From assembly GCF_014697625.1 (NCBI RefSeq), contig NZ_JACJSG010000005.1:68561-100560 (forward strand): a stretch of 32,000 bases of DNA, written 5' to 3'. The position numbers and the translations under genes were made by a program. A model generated the notes under the pieces. It was given only the letters and a program-made list of their open reading frames with translations, was not told the origin of the DNA and ran no database searches. Shown here one piece after another: positions 24,235 to 32,000 of this stretch; position 1 is the stretch's first letter; each line of letters begins with the position of its first letter. This DNA is from Anabaena azotica FACHB-119 (GTDB lineage: Bacteria > Cyanobacteriota > Cyanobacteriia > Cyanobacteriales > Nostocaceae).

Positions 24235-26358
24235 ATGTTTTTTACGGCTAAAACTCAGCTTGGAATTCCTTTAGACTGGCAGAAACAATTAAAAAGATTG
24301 ATTCCGTTTCTACTCAGTATCATATTTACGTTGGTAGTAAGTAGCCAAAGTATCAGCTCTGCACCCAAAAATACAGAAATTCTTTGGGACACCTACGGTA
24401 TACCTCATATTTATGGTAATAACGTCCAAGGTGCTTTTCAAGCATTTGGTTGGACACAAATGCAAAGTCATGGTAACTTACTTTTGCGCCTCTACGGACA
24501 AGCAAGAGGAAGAGCAGCCGAATACTGGGGAGAAGAATATCTAGATTCAGACAAATGGGTACTGTCAATGGGTGTACCCAAAAGAGCGATCGCTTGGTAT
24601 AAAGCACAAAGTGGTGCATTTCGCAACTATATCAATGCTTTTACCGATGGAATTAATACCTATGCCAAACAGCATCCTGATTTAATTGATCCTGAAGTCA
24701 AAGTAGTATTACCTGTCACGCCGGAAGATGTGTTGAGCCATTTGCAAAGGGTACTGCTGTTTACCTTTGTAGTTGATTCTGCAAGAGTGGCACAGATGAG
24801 CCAGACAAATTCTGCTCCAGGTTCTAATGCTTGGGCGATCGCACCAAAAAGGTCGGCCAGTGGTAAAGCAATGCTGTTAGCTAACCCTCATCTACCTTGG
24901 GGAGATTTATTCTTATGGTACGAAGCGCAAATTACCGCACCGGGAATTGATGCTTATGGGGCGACATTGGTAGGTATTCCCGTATTAGCGATCGCCTTCA
25001 ACGATAACTTAGGTTGGTCTCACACTGTCAACACTCATGATGGCTGGGATGCTTACGAACTCAAATTACAAAAAGACGGCTATCTTTTTGATGGCAAAGT
25101 TCGCCCCTTTGAAACAGCAAGCTTCCTCTTAAAGGTAAAACAGAAAAATGGCTCTTTACGCGAACAAATATTCACAGTTAAAAGTTCTGTTCATGGGCCT
25201 GTAGTCAGCCAGAAAGATGGTAAAGCCTTAGCAGTGCGTGTCGTTGGTCAAGACAGTTCTGGTATTTTACAACAATGGTGGGATATGGCCAGAGCCAAAA
25301 ATCTCAACCAATTTCAGAGGGCTTTGCAAACTCTGCAACTGCCTATGTTTACTGTCATGTATGCTGACCGTGAGGGGCATATTATGCACCTGTTCAACGG
25401 CCAGGTTCCCGTGCATCAACAAGGAGACTTTGCATACTGGCAAAGTATTGTCCCTGGTGATACATCCAAAACTTTATGGACAAAAATTCACCCCTATCAA
25501 GATTTACCCAAAGTAATTGATCCTGCTAGTGGTTGGTTGCAAAATGCTAATGACCCACCTTGGACTACAACATTTCCCACCGCCATCAAAGCTGAAAATT
25601 ACCCCCCCTATATGGCTCCACGGGGGCCAATAGATTTCCGGGCGCAGAATTCTGCCAAAATGTTAGCCGGGGATGACAGTATTTCCTTTGAGGAAATGAT
25701 TGCCTACAAGCATTCTACCCAGATGGAGTTAGCACAAAGAATTCTAGATGATTTGATTCCTGCTGCACAAAAACAAGGAGATGAATTAGCACGTCGCGCC
25801 GCCGATGTTCTAGCCGCATGGGATCGACAGGCAAATGCAAATAGCAGAGGTGCTGTACTGTTTAGCTTCTGGGTTAACAATATAGATTTAGATAAAGTGT
25901 TTAGCACTCCTTGGCAAGAAAAATCACCAATCACCACACCCGACGGTTTAGCCGAGCCTCAAAGTGCAGTCAAAACCTTATCAGATGTCGCAGCAAAAGT
26001 AGAGAAGACCTATGGAGCCTTAGATGTAGCTTGGGGTGATGTGTTCCGACTCCGGTATGGCGGTTTAGATTTGCCAGCCAATGGTGGCGAAGGAGATAAA
26101 GGTATTTTCCGCGTCGTAACTTTTGCCCCGACAGATAATGGACGCTTTCAAGCAGTTCATGGTGACTCTTACGTTGCTGCTGTGGAGTTTTCCCAGCCAG
26201 TAAAAGCAAAGGCTCTCACCAGCTATGGTAATGCTACTCAACCTAATTCATCCCATGTTGGCGACCAACTGCAACTTTTTGTGCGTCAACAGTTACGTCC
26301 AGTTTGGCGAACCAGACAGGAGATTACAGCCCATTTGGAGGAACGCACAGTCCTTTAA
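24235..26358 (+). CDS. Periplasmic Ntn-hydrolase of the penicillin-acylase family, PvdQ/AHL-acylase-like
   Basis: Signal peptide (LIPFLLSIIFTLVVSSQSISSA). Alpha-subunit start ILWDTYGIPHIYG. Autoprocessing and nucleophile context APGSNAWAIAPKRSASGKAMLLANPHLPW matches the G-SN motif of PvdQ-type acylases. Confidence 0.85.
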   Translation: MFFTAKTQLGIPLDWQKQLKRLIPFLLSIIFTLVVSSQSISSAPKNTEILWDTYGIPHIYGNNVQGAFQAFGWTQMQSHGNLLLRLYGQARGRAAEYWGEEYLDSDKWVLSMGVPKRAIAWYKAQSGAFRNYINAFTDGINTYAKQHPDLIDPEVKVVLPVTPEDVLSHLQRVLLFTFVVDSARVAQMSQTNSAPGSNAWAIAPKRSASGKAMLLANPHLPWGDLFLWYEAQITAPGIDAYGATLVGIPVLAIAFNDNLGWSHTVNTHDGWDAYELKLQKDGYLFDGKVRPFETASFLLKVKQKNGSLREQIFTVKSSVHGPVVSQKDGKALAVRVVGQDSSGILQQWWDMARAKNLNQFQRALQTLQLPMFTVMYADREGHIMHLFNGQVPVHQQGDFAYWQSIVPGDTSKTLWTKIHPYQDLPKVIDPASGWLQNANDPPWTTTFPTAIKAENYPPYMAPRGPIDFRAQNSAKMLAGDDSISFEEMIAYKHSTQMELAQRILDDLIPAAQKQGDELARRAADVLAAWDRQANANSRGAVLFSFWVNNIDLDKVFSTPWQEKSPITTPDGLAEPQSAVKTLSDVAAKVEKTYGALDVAWGDVFRLRYGGLDLPANGGEGDKGIFRVVTFAPTDNGRFQAVHGDSYVAAVEFSQPVKAKALTSYGNATQPNSSHVGDQLQLFVRQQLRPVWRTRQEITAHLEERTVL

Positions 26359-26360
26359 AT

Positions 26361-26385
26361 CAGTTATCAGTTATCAGTTATCAGT
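26361..26385. repeat. Short STRR block (CAGTTAT x3 plus a partial unit)
   Basis: Read directly, 2 nt after the acylase stop codon. Confidence 0.9.
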
Positions 26386-26474
26386 CCTAACGGCGTATGG
26401 TGGGGGATAAAGAAGCGCCACCCTACGCTTTCCACCAATTGATGTGGTGTTTCCCCAAGGATTTAACTGATAAC

Positions 26475-26653
26475 GGGACTTAAACATTCTTGAGGCATAA
26501 ACAAGGCTCAAACCTATACAGGGCAAGGGAAATACACCGAAGGCTCAAAAATGCCTCAAACCCAGATATATTAAGAAACAGGTTAAAACGATGTCAAAGT
26601 CTTTTGGTGTATACGTTTGATGTTTTTTTCAGCCTATTTTTTGTCTAAGTCCC
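26475..26653. mobile_element. Possible 179-bp MITE-like insertion with GGGACTTAAAC / GTCTAAGTCCC termini, flanked on both sides by STRR-like ATAAC(TG) sequence
   Basis: The termini are 10/11 inverted. The left flank is AACTGATAAC and the right flank is AATAACTGTTCACTG. I saw no second copy in the window, so the call is tentative. Confidence 0.4.
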
Positions 26654-26654
26654 A

Positions 26655-26700
26655 ATAACTGTTCACTGATAACTGTTCACTGATAACTGTTCACTGATAA
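26655..26700. repeat. 14-bp tandem repeat ATAACTGTTCACTG x3 (alternating STRR-like heptamers) about 95 nt upstream of the first permease gene
   Basis: Read directly. Confidence 0.9.
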
Positions 26701-26792
26701 AAGAGTACGCACAGGAGAAAATTGATAATTCAGCACTGCGGACAGTCTCAATTAGAAGGCAGAAAATATTTTTTTGATGCAGCACAAAGACA

Positions 26793-27818
26793 ATGGCAAC
26801 TACAACCTTACCTAAAGGTATAAAAAAAACACAAATACCACATTTATTAGGTATTATTCTGGGACTATTTATCCTGCTAATCTGCTTAGTGTATAGTGTT
26901 ACTCTGGGTGCAGCGCAAATACCTCTGGAAGAGATTCTGGCATCGTTTGTCACCTTTGACGGTTCCTATAATCACTTAGTAATTCAGACGGTGAGATTAC
27001 CGCGATCGCTCATTGCTGTTATTGTAGGGGCAGCCTTGGCAGTTGCTGGGGCTTTAATGCAAGGTTTGACACGCAACCCCCTAGCAGATCCAGGTATTTT
27101 AGGCATTGAGTCAGGAGCAGCGCTGGCTGTAGTTGCCACAATTTTTGTCTTTGGCAGTTCTAGTGTGAGTGTTTTAACCATTGTCGCCTTGTTGGGAGCC
27201 ACAGCCACAGCAATTTTAGTCTATGGTCTTGGTTGTTTGGGAAGAGGAGGAGCTACCCCACTAAATCTGACAGTGGCTGGTGCAGCGCTCACAGCTATGG
27301 TTTCTTCCCTCACGACGGCTATCCTCATTGTCAGTCAAAGAACATTAGATGAAATTAGATTTTGGTTAGCTGGTTCATTGTCTGGCCGCGATATCAATAT
27401 CCTCTTACAAGTATTGCCTTTCATTGTGATGGGATTAGTAGTTGCTTTTACCCTGGGTAAGCAAATTACCACCATGAGTCTCGGTGAAGATGTGGCACAA
27501 AGCTTAGGTCAACAAACAGCTTGGGTCAAAATTATCACTGCTATCAGCGTAGTTTTACTGGCGGGAGGTTCAGTAGCCCTAGCCGGGCCAATTGGTTTTG
27601 TTGGTTTAGTAGTGCCTCACATGGTGAGATTTTTTGTTAAAACCGATTATCGTTTGATTTTGCCTTATTCGGCAATTTTAGGGGCAATTTTATTGCTAAT
27701 TGCAGATATTGTTGCCCGTGTCTCATTCAAACCCCATGAATTGCCTGTTGGTGTGATGACAGCAATAGTTGGCGCTCCTTTTTTTGTCTACTTGGCTAAA
27801 TCAAAGGTAAAAAAATGA
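26793..27818 (+). CDS. FecCD-family iron-siderophore ABC transporter permease 1
   Basis: LRLPRSLIAVIVGAALAVAGALMQGLTRNPLADPGILGI is the FecCD signature region. About 9-10 TM helices. Confidence 0.9.
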   Translation: MATTTLPKGIKKTQIPHLLGIILGLFILLICLVYSVTLGAAQIPLEEILASFVTFDGSYNHLVIQTVRLPRSLIAVIVGAALAVAGALMQGLTRNPLADPGILGIESGAALAVVATIFVFGSSSVSVLTIVALLGATATAILVYGLGCLGRGGATPLNLTVAGAALTAMVSSLTTAILIVSQRTLDEIRFWLAGSLSGRDINILLQVLPFIVMGLVVAFTLGKQITTMSLGEDVAQSLGQQTAWVKIITAISVVLLAGGSVALAGPIGFVGLVVPHMVRFFVKTDYRLILPYSAILGAILLLIADIVARVSFKPHELPVGVMTAIVGAPFFVYLAKSKVKK

Positions 27819-28855
27819 AGGTTGATCGGCTAGTCATTCGTTCCCAGAAGATATCCTTCCAGATAGACCGACTTGTACCATTAGTGCTGCTTTGTTTGGC
27901 AGGCTTGATTATGGTAGCAATGGTGATGAATATAGGAAGAGGTGAATATCCGATCTCGCCCTGGGATATTGTCAAAACTGTATTAGGGTTAGATACAGGC
28001 AACCCAGACCATGCCTTCGTGATTTACAATCTCCGTCTACCCCGTACCCTTGTAGCTGTGATGGTGGGAGCGGGACTGGCTATTTCTGGCACTATCTTTC
28101 AAGCAATTGTGCGTAATCCATTAGCTGATCCAGGTATTATTGGTATTAATGCCGGAGCCAGCTTGGCAGCAGTGACAGTAATTATCTTATTTCCGGGGAC
28201 ACCAACCTATTTTTTGCCTTTATCAGCCTTTTTTGGGGCTTTGCTGATGGCTACTTTAATTTACTCACTAGCTTGGAACAATGGAAGCTCCCCTCTGCTG
28301 TTTATTTTAATGGGCGTGGGATTGTCTGCGATCGCCACTGCTTTTACTAGTTTGTTGATTACCTTTGGCGAAATTTATCACGTTAGTGAGGCTCTGGTGT
28401 GGTTGGCTGGGAGTGTCCACGCACGCACCTGGGAGCAAGTTTTTTCTTTATTGCCTTGGTTGCTAGTTTTGATCCCGATGGCGTTGATATTAGCAAGGCA
28501 TTTGAACGCCTTAAATTTGGGAGATGATGTTGCTAAAGGTTTAGGTACTCATGTGGAATGGCAACGTGGTTTACTCTTGCTGGTGGGTGTAGCCTTAGCA
28601 GGTACATCAGTCGCCACTGCGGGGATGATTGGTTTTGTGGGTTTAATTGCTCCTCATATAGGCAGACAGTTAGTAGGCCCAAACCATCAAGGATTGATTC
28701 CTACCGCCGCACTTTTGGGTGGAATGTTTGTTGTGATGGCAGACTTTTTAGGACGAACTTTGTTTGCACCAATCGAAATTCCCTGTGGAGTAGTGACTGC
28801 TGCTGTTGGCGCTCCCTATTTCCTGTATTTGCTCATTACTAACCGCAAAAAATAA
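27815..28855 (+). CDS. FecCD-family iron-siderophore ABC transporter permease 2
   Basis: LRLPRTLVAVMVGAGLAISGTIFQAIVRNPLADPGIIGI. The ATGA start/stop overlaps the preceding gene by 4 nt. Confidence 0.9.
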   Translation: MKVDRLVIRSQKISFQIDRLVPLVLLCLAGLIMVAMVMNIGRGEYPISPWDIVKTVLGLDTGNPDHAFVIYNLRLPRTLVAVMVGAGLAISGTIFQAIVRNPLADPGIIGINAGASLAAVTVIILFPGTPTYFLPLSAFFGALLMATLIYSLAWNNGSSPLLFILMGVGLSAIATAFTSLLITFGEIYHVSEALVWLAGSVHARTWEQVFSLLPWLLVLIPMALILARHLNALNLGDDVAKGLGTHVEWQRGLLLLVGVALAGTSVATAGMIGFVGLIAPHIGRQLVGPNHQGLIPTAALLGGMFVVMADFLGRTLFAPIEIPCGVVTAAVGAPYFLYLLITNRKK

Positions 28856-28873
28856 ACCAGGAAAATATCACGT

Positions 28874-29668
28874 ATGAAAGGACTATCAACCAAAATTTTG
28901 TCTTTAGCTTACGATGGTGTGACAATTATCCGTGACTTGGATTTGGCAATCCCATCTGGAAAAATTACCGCCTTGGTTGGTGCTAATGGTTGCGGTAAAT
29001 CAACCCTCTTAAGAGGATTAGCCAGATTGCTGAAACCTTGTGGCGGTACAGTATATCTAGATGGAGAGTCTATTTTAAAGCTTTCCACCAAAAAAGTCGC
29101 ACAGCAGTTAGGTATTTTACCCCAGAGTCCCACCGCCCCAGAAGGGTTAACAGTAAGAGATTTGGTAGCACAAGGACGATATCCCTATCAAAATTGGTTG
29201 CAGCAGTGGTCAGCAAAAGATGAAAAAATTGTCCAACAGGCACTTGAGACTACAGACTTGTTAAATTTAGCAGATAGAGCGTTAGATACCTTGTCTGGTG
29301 GACAACGACAACGCGCTTGGATTGCAATGACACTTGCACAAGATACAGATATTTTACTATTGGATGAGCCGACTACTTTTTTAGATTTAGCACATCAAAT
29401 AGAAGTTCTAGATTTGTTGTATGAGTTGAACCAAAATCAGGAAAGAACTATTGTCATGGTACTGCATGATTTGAATCAAGCTTGTCGTTATGCAGATTAT
29501 TTGGTGGCGGTGAAACAAGGTCGAATTTTTACGGCTGGCGAACCTAAACAGGTAATGACTGAGGAGATGGTACAAGAGGTTTTTGGGTTAGAATGTCGTA
29601 TTGTTGCTGACCCACTTGTAGGAACACCTATGTGTGTACCGATAGGGCGAAAAGCCAGAAAAAATTAA
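28874..29668 (+). CDS. Iron-siderophore ABC transporter ATP-binding protein (FhuC/FecE-like)
   Basis: Walker [10 protein letters not shown], signature [17 protein letters not shown], Walker [14 protein letters not shown]-loop VLHD. Confidence 0.9.
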   Translation: MKGLSTKILSLAYDGVTIIRDLDLAIPSGKITALVGANGCGKSTLLRGLARLLKPCGGTVYLDGESILKLSTKKVAQQLGILPQSPTAPEGLTVRDLVAQGRYPYQNWLQQWSAKDEKIVQQALETTDLLNLADRALDTLSGGQRQRAWIAMTLAQDTDILLLDEPTTFLDLAHQIEVLDLLYELNQNQERTIVMVLHDLNQACRYADYLVAVKQGRIFTAGEPKQVMTEEMVQEVFGLECRIVADPLVGTPMCVPIGRKARKN

Positions 29669-29705
29669 AGAAACTAGAGGATTTAGCTTTTTATTTACAC
29701 AGTTA

Positions 29706-30701
29706 TTGCTAAAGTTAATAATGATAAATAAACGCTGGTATCAATATATCAAATTATTTTTGATAGTCACCTTAAGTGTAACTTTTTTAAAAGGTTGCTA
29801 TAGTTTGTTACCTCAACAAATATACTCTAATAATCTCAATTCAATAGTATCAGAATGTCGAAAAATTAAGCATGAATTGGGAGAAACCTGTATTCCTCTC
29901 AATCCACAACGAATTATAGTTACTGATCAAGAAAGTTTAGAATCTTTAGTAGCTTTGGGTTTAAAACCAATAGCGACAACAATCGCAAATCGAGTCGGTA
30001 GTAAAGCAAGTATATTAGAGGGTAAAATTGATGGAATTACTTATTTAGGAAAGGAAAGCCAGATAAATATTGAAAAAATTGTCAAATTAAATCCTGATTT
30101 AATTTTAGGTTTGTGGATTAGCCCTCAAGAATATAATTTATTTTCTCAAATAGCTCCAACAGTTTCCATAGGTTTTACACAAACAGGTTGGAAAACAACT
30201 TTTAAACAAATTGCTGAAGCAGTAGATAAAAAGCAAGAAGCAGCAAAAGCCCTGGAGCAATATCAACAAAGAATTGAAAAGTTAAAACTAGCTTTTGCTC
30301 AAAAATCAGAAAAACCAGAGATTTCTGTGATGCGGTTTTATACAGACCTGAAATTTACTCAGTATCTCAATCAAAAATCATTCCCTGTAAGTATCTTAGA
30401 AGAATTAGAACTATCTATTCCTCTTGCACAACGTCAAATTAATAGTTCAAATGTAGGTTATGAAAATGTTAGTTTAGAGCGTGTAGACTTGCTAGAAGCA
30501 GATGCAATGTTTATAGCCCTAGATCCAGGTGCAGAAGAAAATTTTCTAAAATATAAAAATAGTCCTTTATGGCAAACATTAAATGTAGTTCAAAAAAATC
30601 AAGTATATACTGTTGATTCTAGTTACTGGATTTTTGGCACTGTACTGTCCGCAAACGCCGTTTTAGATGACATTGTTAAATATTTATTGTCAGCTTCGTA
30701 A
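29706..30701 (+). CDS. Periplasmic iron-siderophore binding lipoprotein (FhuD/FecB-like, class III SBP)
   Basis: Lipobox-like TFLKGC after a hydrophobic leader. RIIVTDQESLESLVALGLKPIA and NPDLILG are typical of this family. The listed start is TTG at 29706; an ATG at 29721 (MINKRW) is an alternative. Confidence 0.8.
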   Translation: MLKLIMINKRWYQYIKLFLIVTLSVTFLKGCYSLLPQQIYSNNLNSIVSECRKIKHELGETCIPLNPQRIIVTDQESLESLVALGLKPIATTIANRVGSKASILEGKIDGITYLGKESQINIEKIVKLNPDLILGLWISPQEYNLFSQIAPTVSIGFTQTGWKTTFKQIAEAVDKKQEAAKALEQYQQRIEKLKLAFAQKSEKPEISVMRFYTDLKFTQYLNQKSFPVSILEELELSIPLAQRQINSSNVGYENVSLERVDLLEADAMFIALDPGAEENFLKYKNSPLWQTLNVVQKNQVYTVDSSYWIFGTVLSANAVLDDIVKYLLSAS

Positions 30702-30707
30702 GAGTCC

Positions 30708-30901
30708 ATTTATAAAGTAAATATTAAGTAGGGGAGGCAAAAAGCAGTGTGGATATTCCTCCTGCTTTATTGCCGTTGTGTTACGGCTATGTCAGGATTT
30801 GAGCGTTGGCGAAATGAGGAATTAGCCGTAACGCACCAGCAAATATGATGTGTTAAGCGCTGCTTTAACGCACCCGACAATTTAAGGTTTACTTTATAAA
30901 T
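30708..30901. repeat. 194-bp segment bounded by a perfect 14-bp inverted repeat (ATTTATAAAGTAAA / TTTACTTTATAAAT)
   Basis: Read directly. The interior carries TAACGCACC motifs also seen in the hairpin at 18305-18334. It fills most of the gap between the binding-protein gene and the FhuF-like gene. Confidence 0.7.
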
Positions 30902-30946
30902 CATCTCTAAAACTAGAGAATTTAATTTAATCCAGGTAGCTTATAA

Positions 30947-31825
30947 ATGGCACAACAATTAATTTCTCCCCAATTGTGTAACTTTATCAAAGAAATATTT
31001 ACACAAGCTCAAAATACTTTAGATAGTTTTTATACTGACTGCATTATTTTGACTCAGCCTCCTGATGGTGCTGAAATTATCTCACTTTGTGATTACTTAC
31101 AACCAGACAAACTTTTAGCTGCTATCAAAGCCAGACCTGAATACGCCAAAACCCAAGATATTCGCATTGCTGCATCTATTTGGAACAAAGTTTATAGCTG
31201 GAAAACATTACCGGGTGTTTTAGCTTTGATGACTTGGGCTGGTGTAGGGCTAGATGCTTCTCATGAAAATGTCAGTTTTGTTTTGGAAAACGGTCAACCC
31301 AAAGCGCTATGGGTTCACGATCTCAGCCGTACTGTAATTTATCCTCAGCGCTTGTCTATTCCCATCCCCGAAGACTATCCAGGCAAAATAGTAAATAGCG
31401 TGGATGCTTTACACGAAGCTGTATTCACTGGCTTATTCTTACGCAATTTAGCACCAATGATTGAGTGCGTTCATCGTTTAACCAAACTCTCCAAAAAAAC
31501 TATGTGGGGGAATGCAGTTAACGCCTCTGAAGGACAGTTTGCCGAACTGAGCAAATGCACTAGCCTAGAAGCAATACAAACAGATTATTCGGTCTTATAT
31601 GAACAACCTTACAGTTCAGTCATGCCAGGGCGTAATCCTCTTTACAACTTGGTACGCACGGAAAAACTCAATGAACCAGGTTTACCCAATAAATTCACAG
31701 TTAGACTTACTTGCTGCTTATATATTTTAATTCCTCCTGATGATGGAAAGTGTGCTAACTGTCCTTTGATAGAAATGCAGGAACGACTTGCTCTTATTCA
31801 AGAAGATTTGGCTGAAGATAGCTGA
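30947..31825 (+). CDS. FhuF-like ferric-siderophore reductase (C-terminal 2Fe-2S cysteine cluster)
   Basis: The C-terminal cluster TCCLYILIPPDDGKCANCPL has the CC...C-x2-C arrangement characteristic of the FhuF C-terminal domain. It lies downstream of the siderophore ABC importer. Confidence 0.7.
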   Translation: MAQQLISPQLCNFIKEIFTQAQNTLDSFYTDCIILTQPPDGAEIISLCDYLQPDKLLAAIKARPEYAKTQDIRIAASIWNKVYSWKTLPGVLALMTWAGVGLDASHENVSFVLENGQPKALWVHDLSRTVIYPQRLSIPIPEDYPGKIVNSVDALHEAVFTGLFLRNLAPMIECVHRLTKLSKKTMWGNAVNASEGQFAELSKCTSLEAIQTDYSVLYEQPYSSVMPGRNPLYNLVRTEKLNEPGLPNKFTVRLTCCLYILIPPDDGKCANCPLIEMQERLALIQEDLAEDS

Positions 31826-31837
31826 ATTGAAACTAAT

Positions 31838-31938
31838 AGGACTTACGCAACTGGTACAATATCAGGGTGCGTCAGATGTGGAAAATCCTTAAATTTGTAC
31901 GAAATTATTGGAGCTGACGCACCCTACTGGACTGACAC
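31838..31938 (-). mobile_element. MITE-like element, family B, copy 4 (reverse orientation, one terminus missing or diverged)
   Basis: AGGACTTACGCAACTGG...GGGTGCGTCAGATGTGG...GCTGACGCACCCTAC is the reverse complement of the right three-quarters of copy 2. The far terminus (CACTTGCGTAAGTCCT) is absent. Confidence 0.75.
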
Positions 31939-32000
31939 AGCTAAAATGTTGCATTATAAATTTCTTGTGGGATGGGCTTCTAGCCCGTCCGGTGCGGGCA

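Noticed and set aside
26663-26953. 96-aa ORF on the - strand overlapping the start of the first FecCD permease gene
   Set aside because: It overlaps a confidently identified permease gene and the 14-bp tandem repeat, and I see no family features.
1-32000. tRNA, rRNA or other structured RNA genes in intergenic regions
   Set aside because: I recognised no cloverleaf-like arrangement or rRNA-like conserved block. Every strong hairpin is explained by MITE or palindromic repeat families. A tRNAscan or Infernal run would be needed to exclude small RNAs formally.

Overview
This looks like a chromosomal segment of a filamentous heterocyst-forming cyanobacterium (Nostocales-like). Evidence: many HIP1 octamers (GCGATCGC), long heptameric STRR arrays, a devBCA-type exporter, and a CrtW ketolase whose N-terminus I recognise from Nostoc. 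All calls come from reading the sequence and ORF translations by eye; no searches were run.

Layout:
- 1-3.5 kb: devB (5' truncated), devC and devA, with every intergenic gap filled by STRR plus C-rich or G-rich tracts arranged as inverted modules around devC.
- 3.9-6.3 kb: a GDSL/SGNH hydrolase (-) and crtW (+).
- 6.4-20.8 kb: a repeat-riddled, accessory-looking island. It holds an AAA-like ATPase fused to a CHASE2 sensor, a DUF928 protein, a signal-peptide-bearing TPR-CHAT caspase-like protease, and a two-partner-secretion (hemagglutinin-like) exoprotein. It also holds a small secreted protein, a second AAA-like ATPase with an HTH-like N-domain, and a 633-aa protein with a glycine-zipper segment and five C-terminal tandem repeats.
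- 20.8-31.8 kb: an iron/siderophore region. It contains an atypical TonB, ExbB, ExbD, a PvdQ-like Ntn acylase, two FecCD permeases, an ATPase, a lipoprotein binding protein and a FhuF-like reductase.

At least three MITE-like families and several palindromes populate the intergenic DNA. I recognised no rRNA, tRNA or CRISPR array.

The best candidates for an undescribed system are two. One is the envelope-directed CHASE2-ATPase / DUF928 / TPR-CHAT / TpsA set. The other is the neighbouring HTH-ATPase plus glycine-zipper/repeat protein pair, which is bracketed by a shared upstream element.
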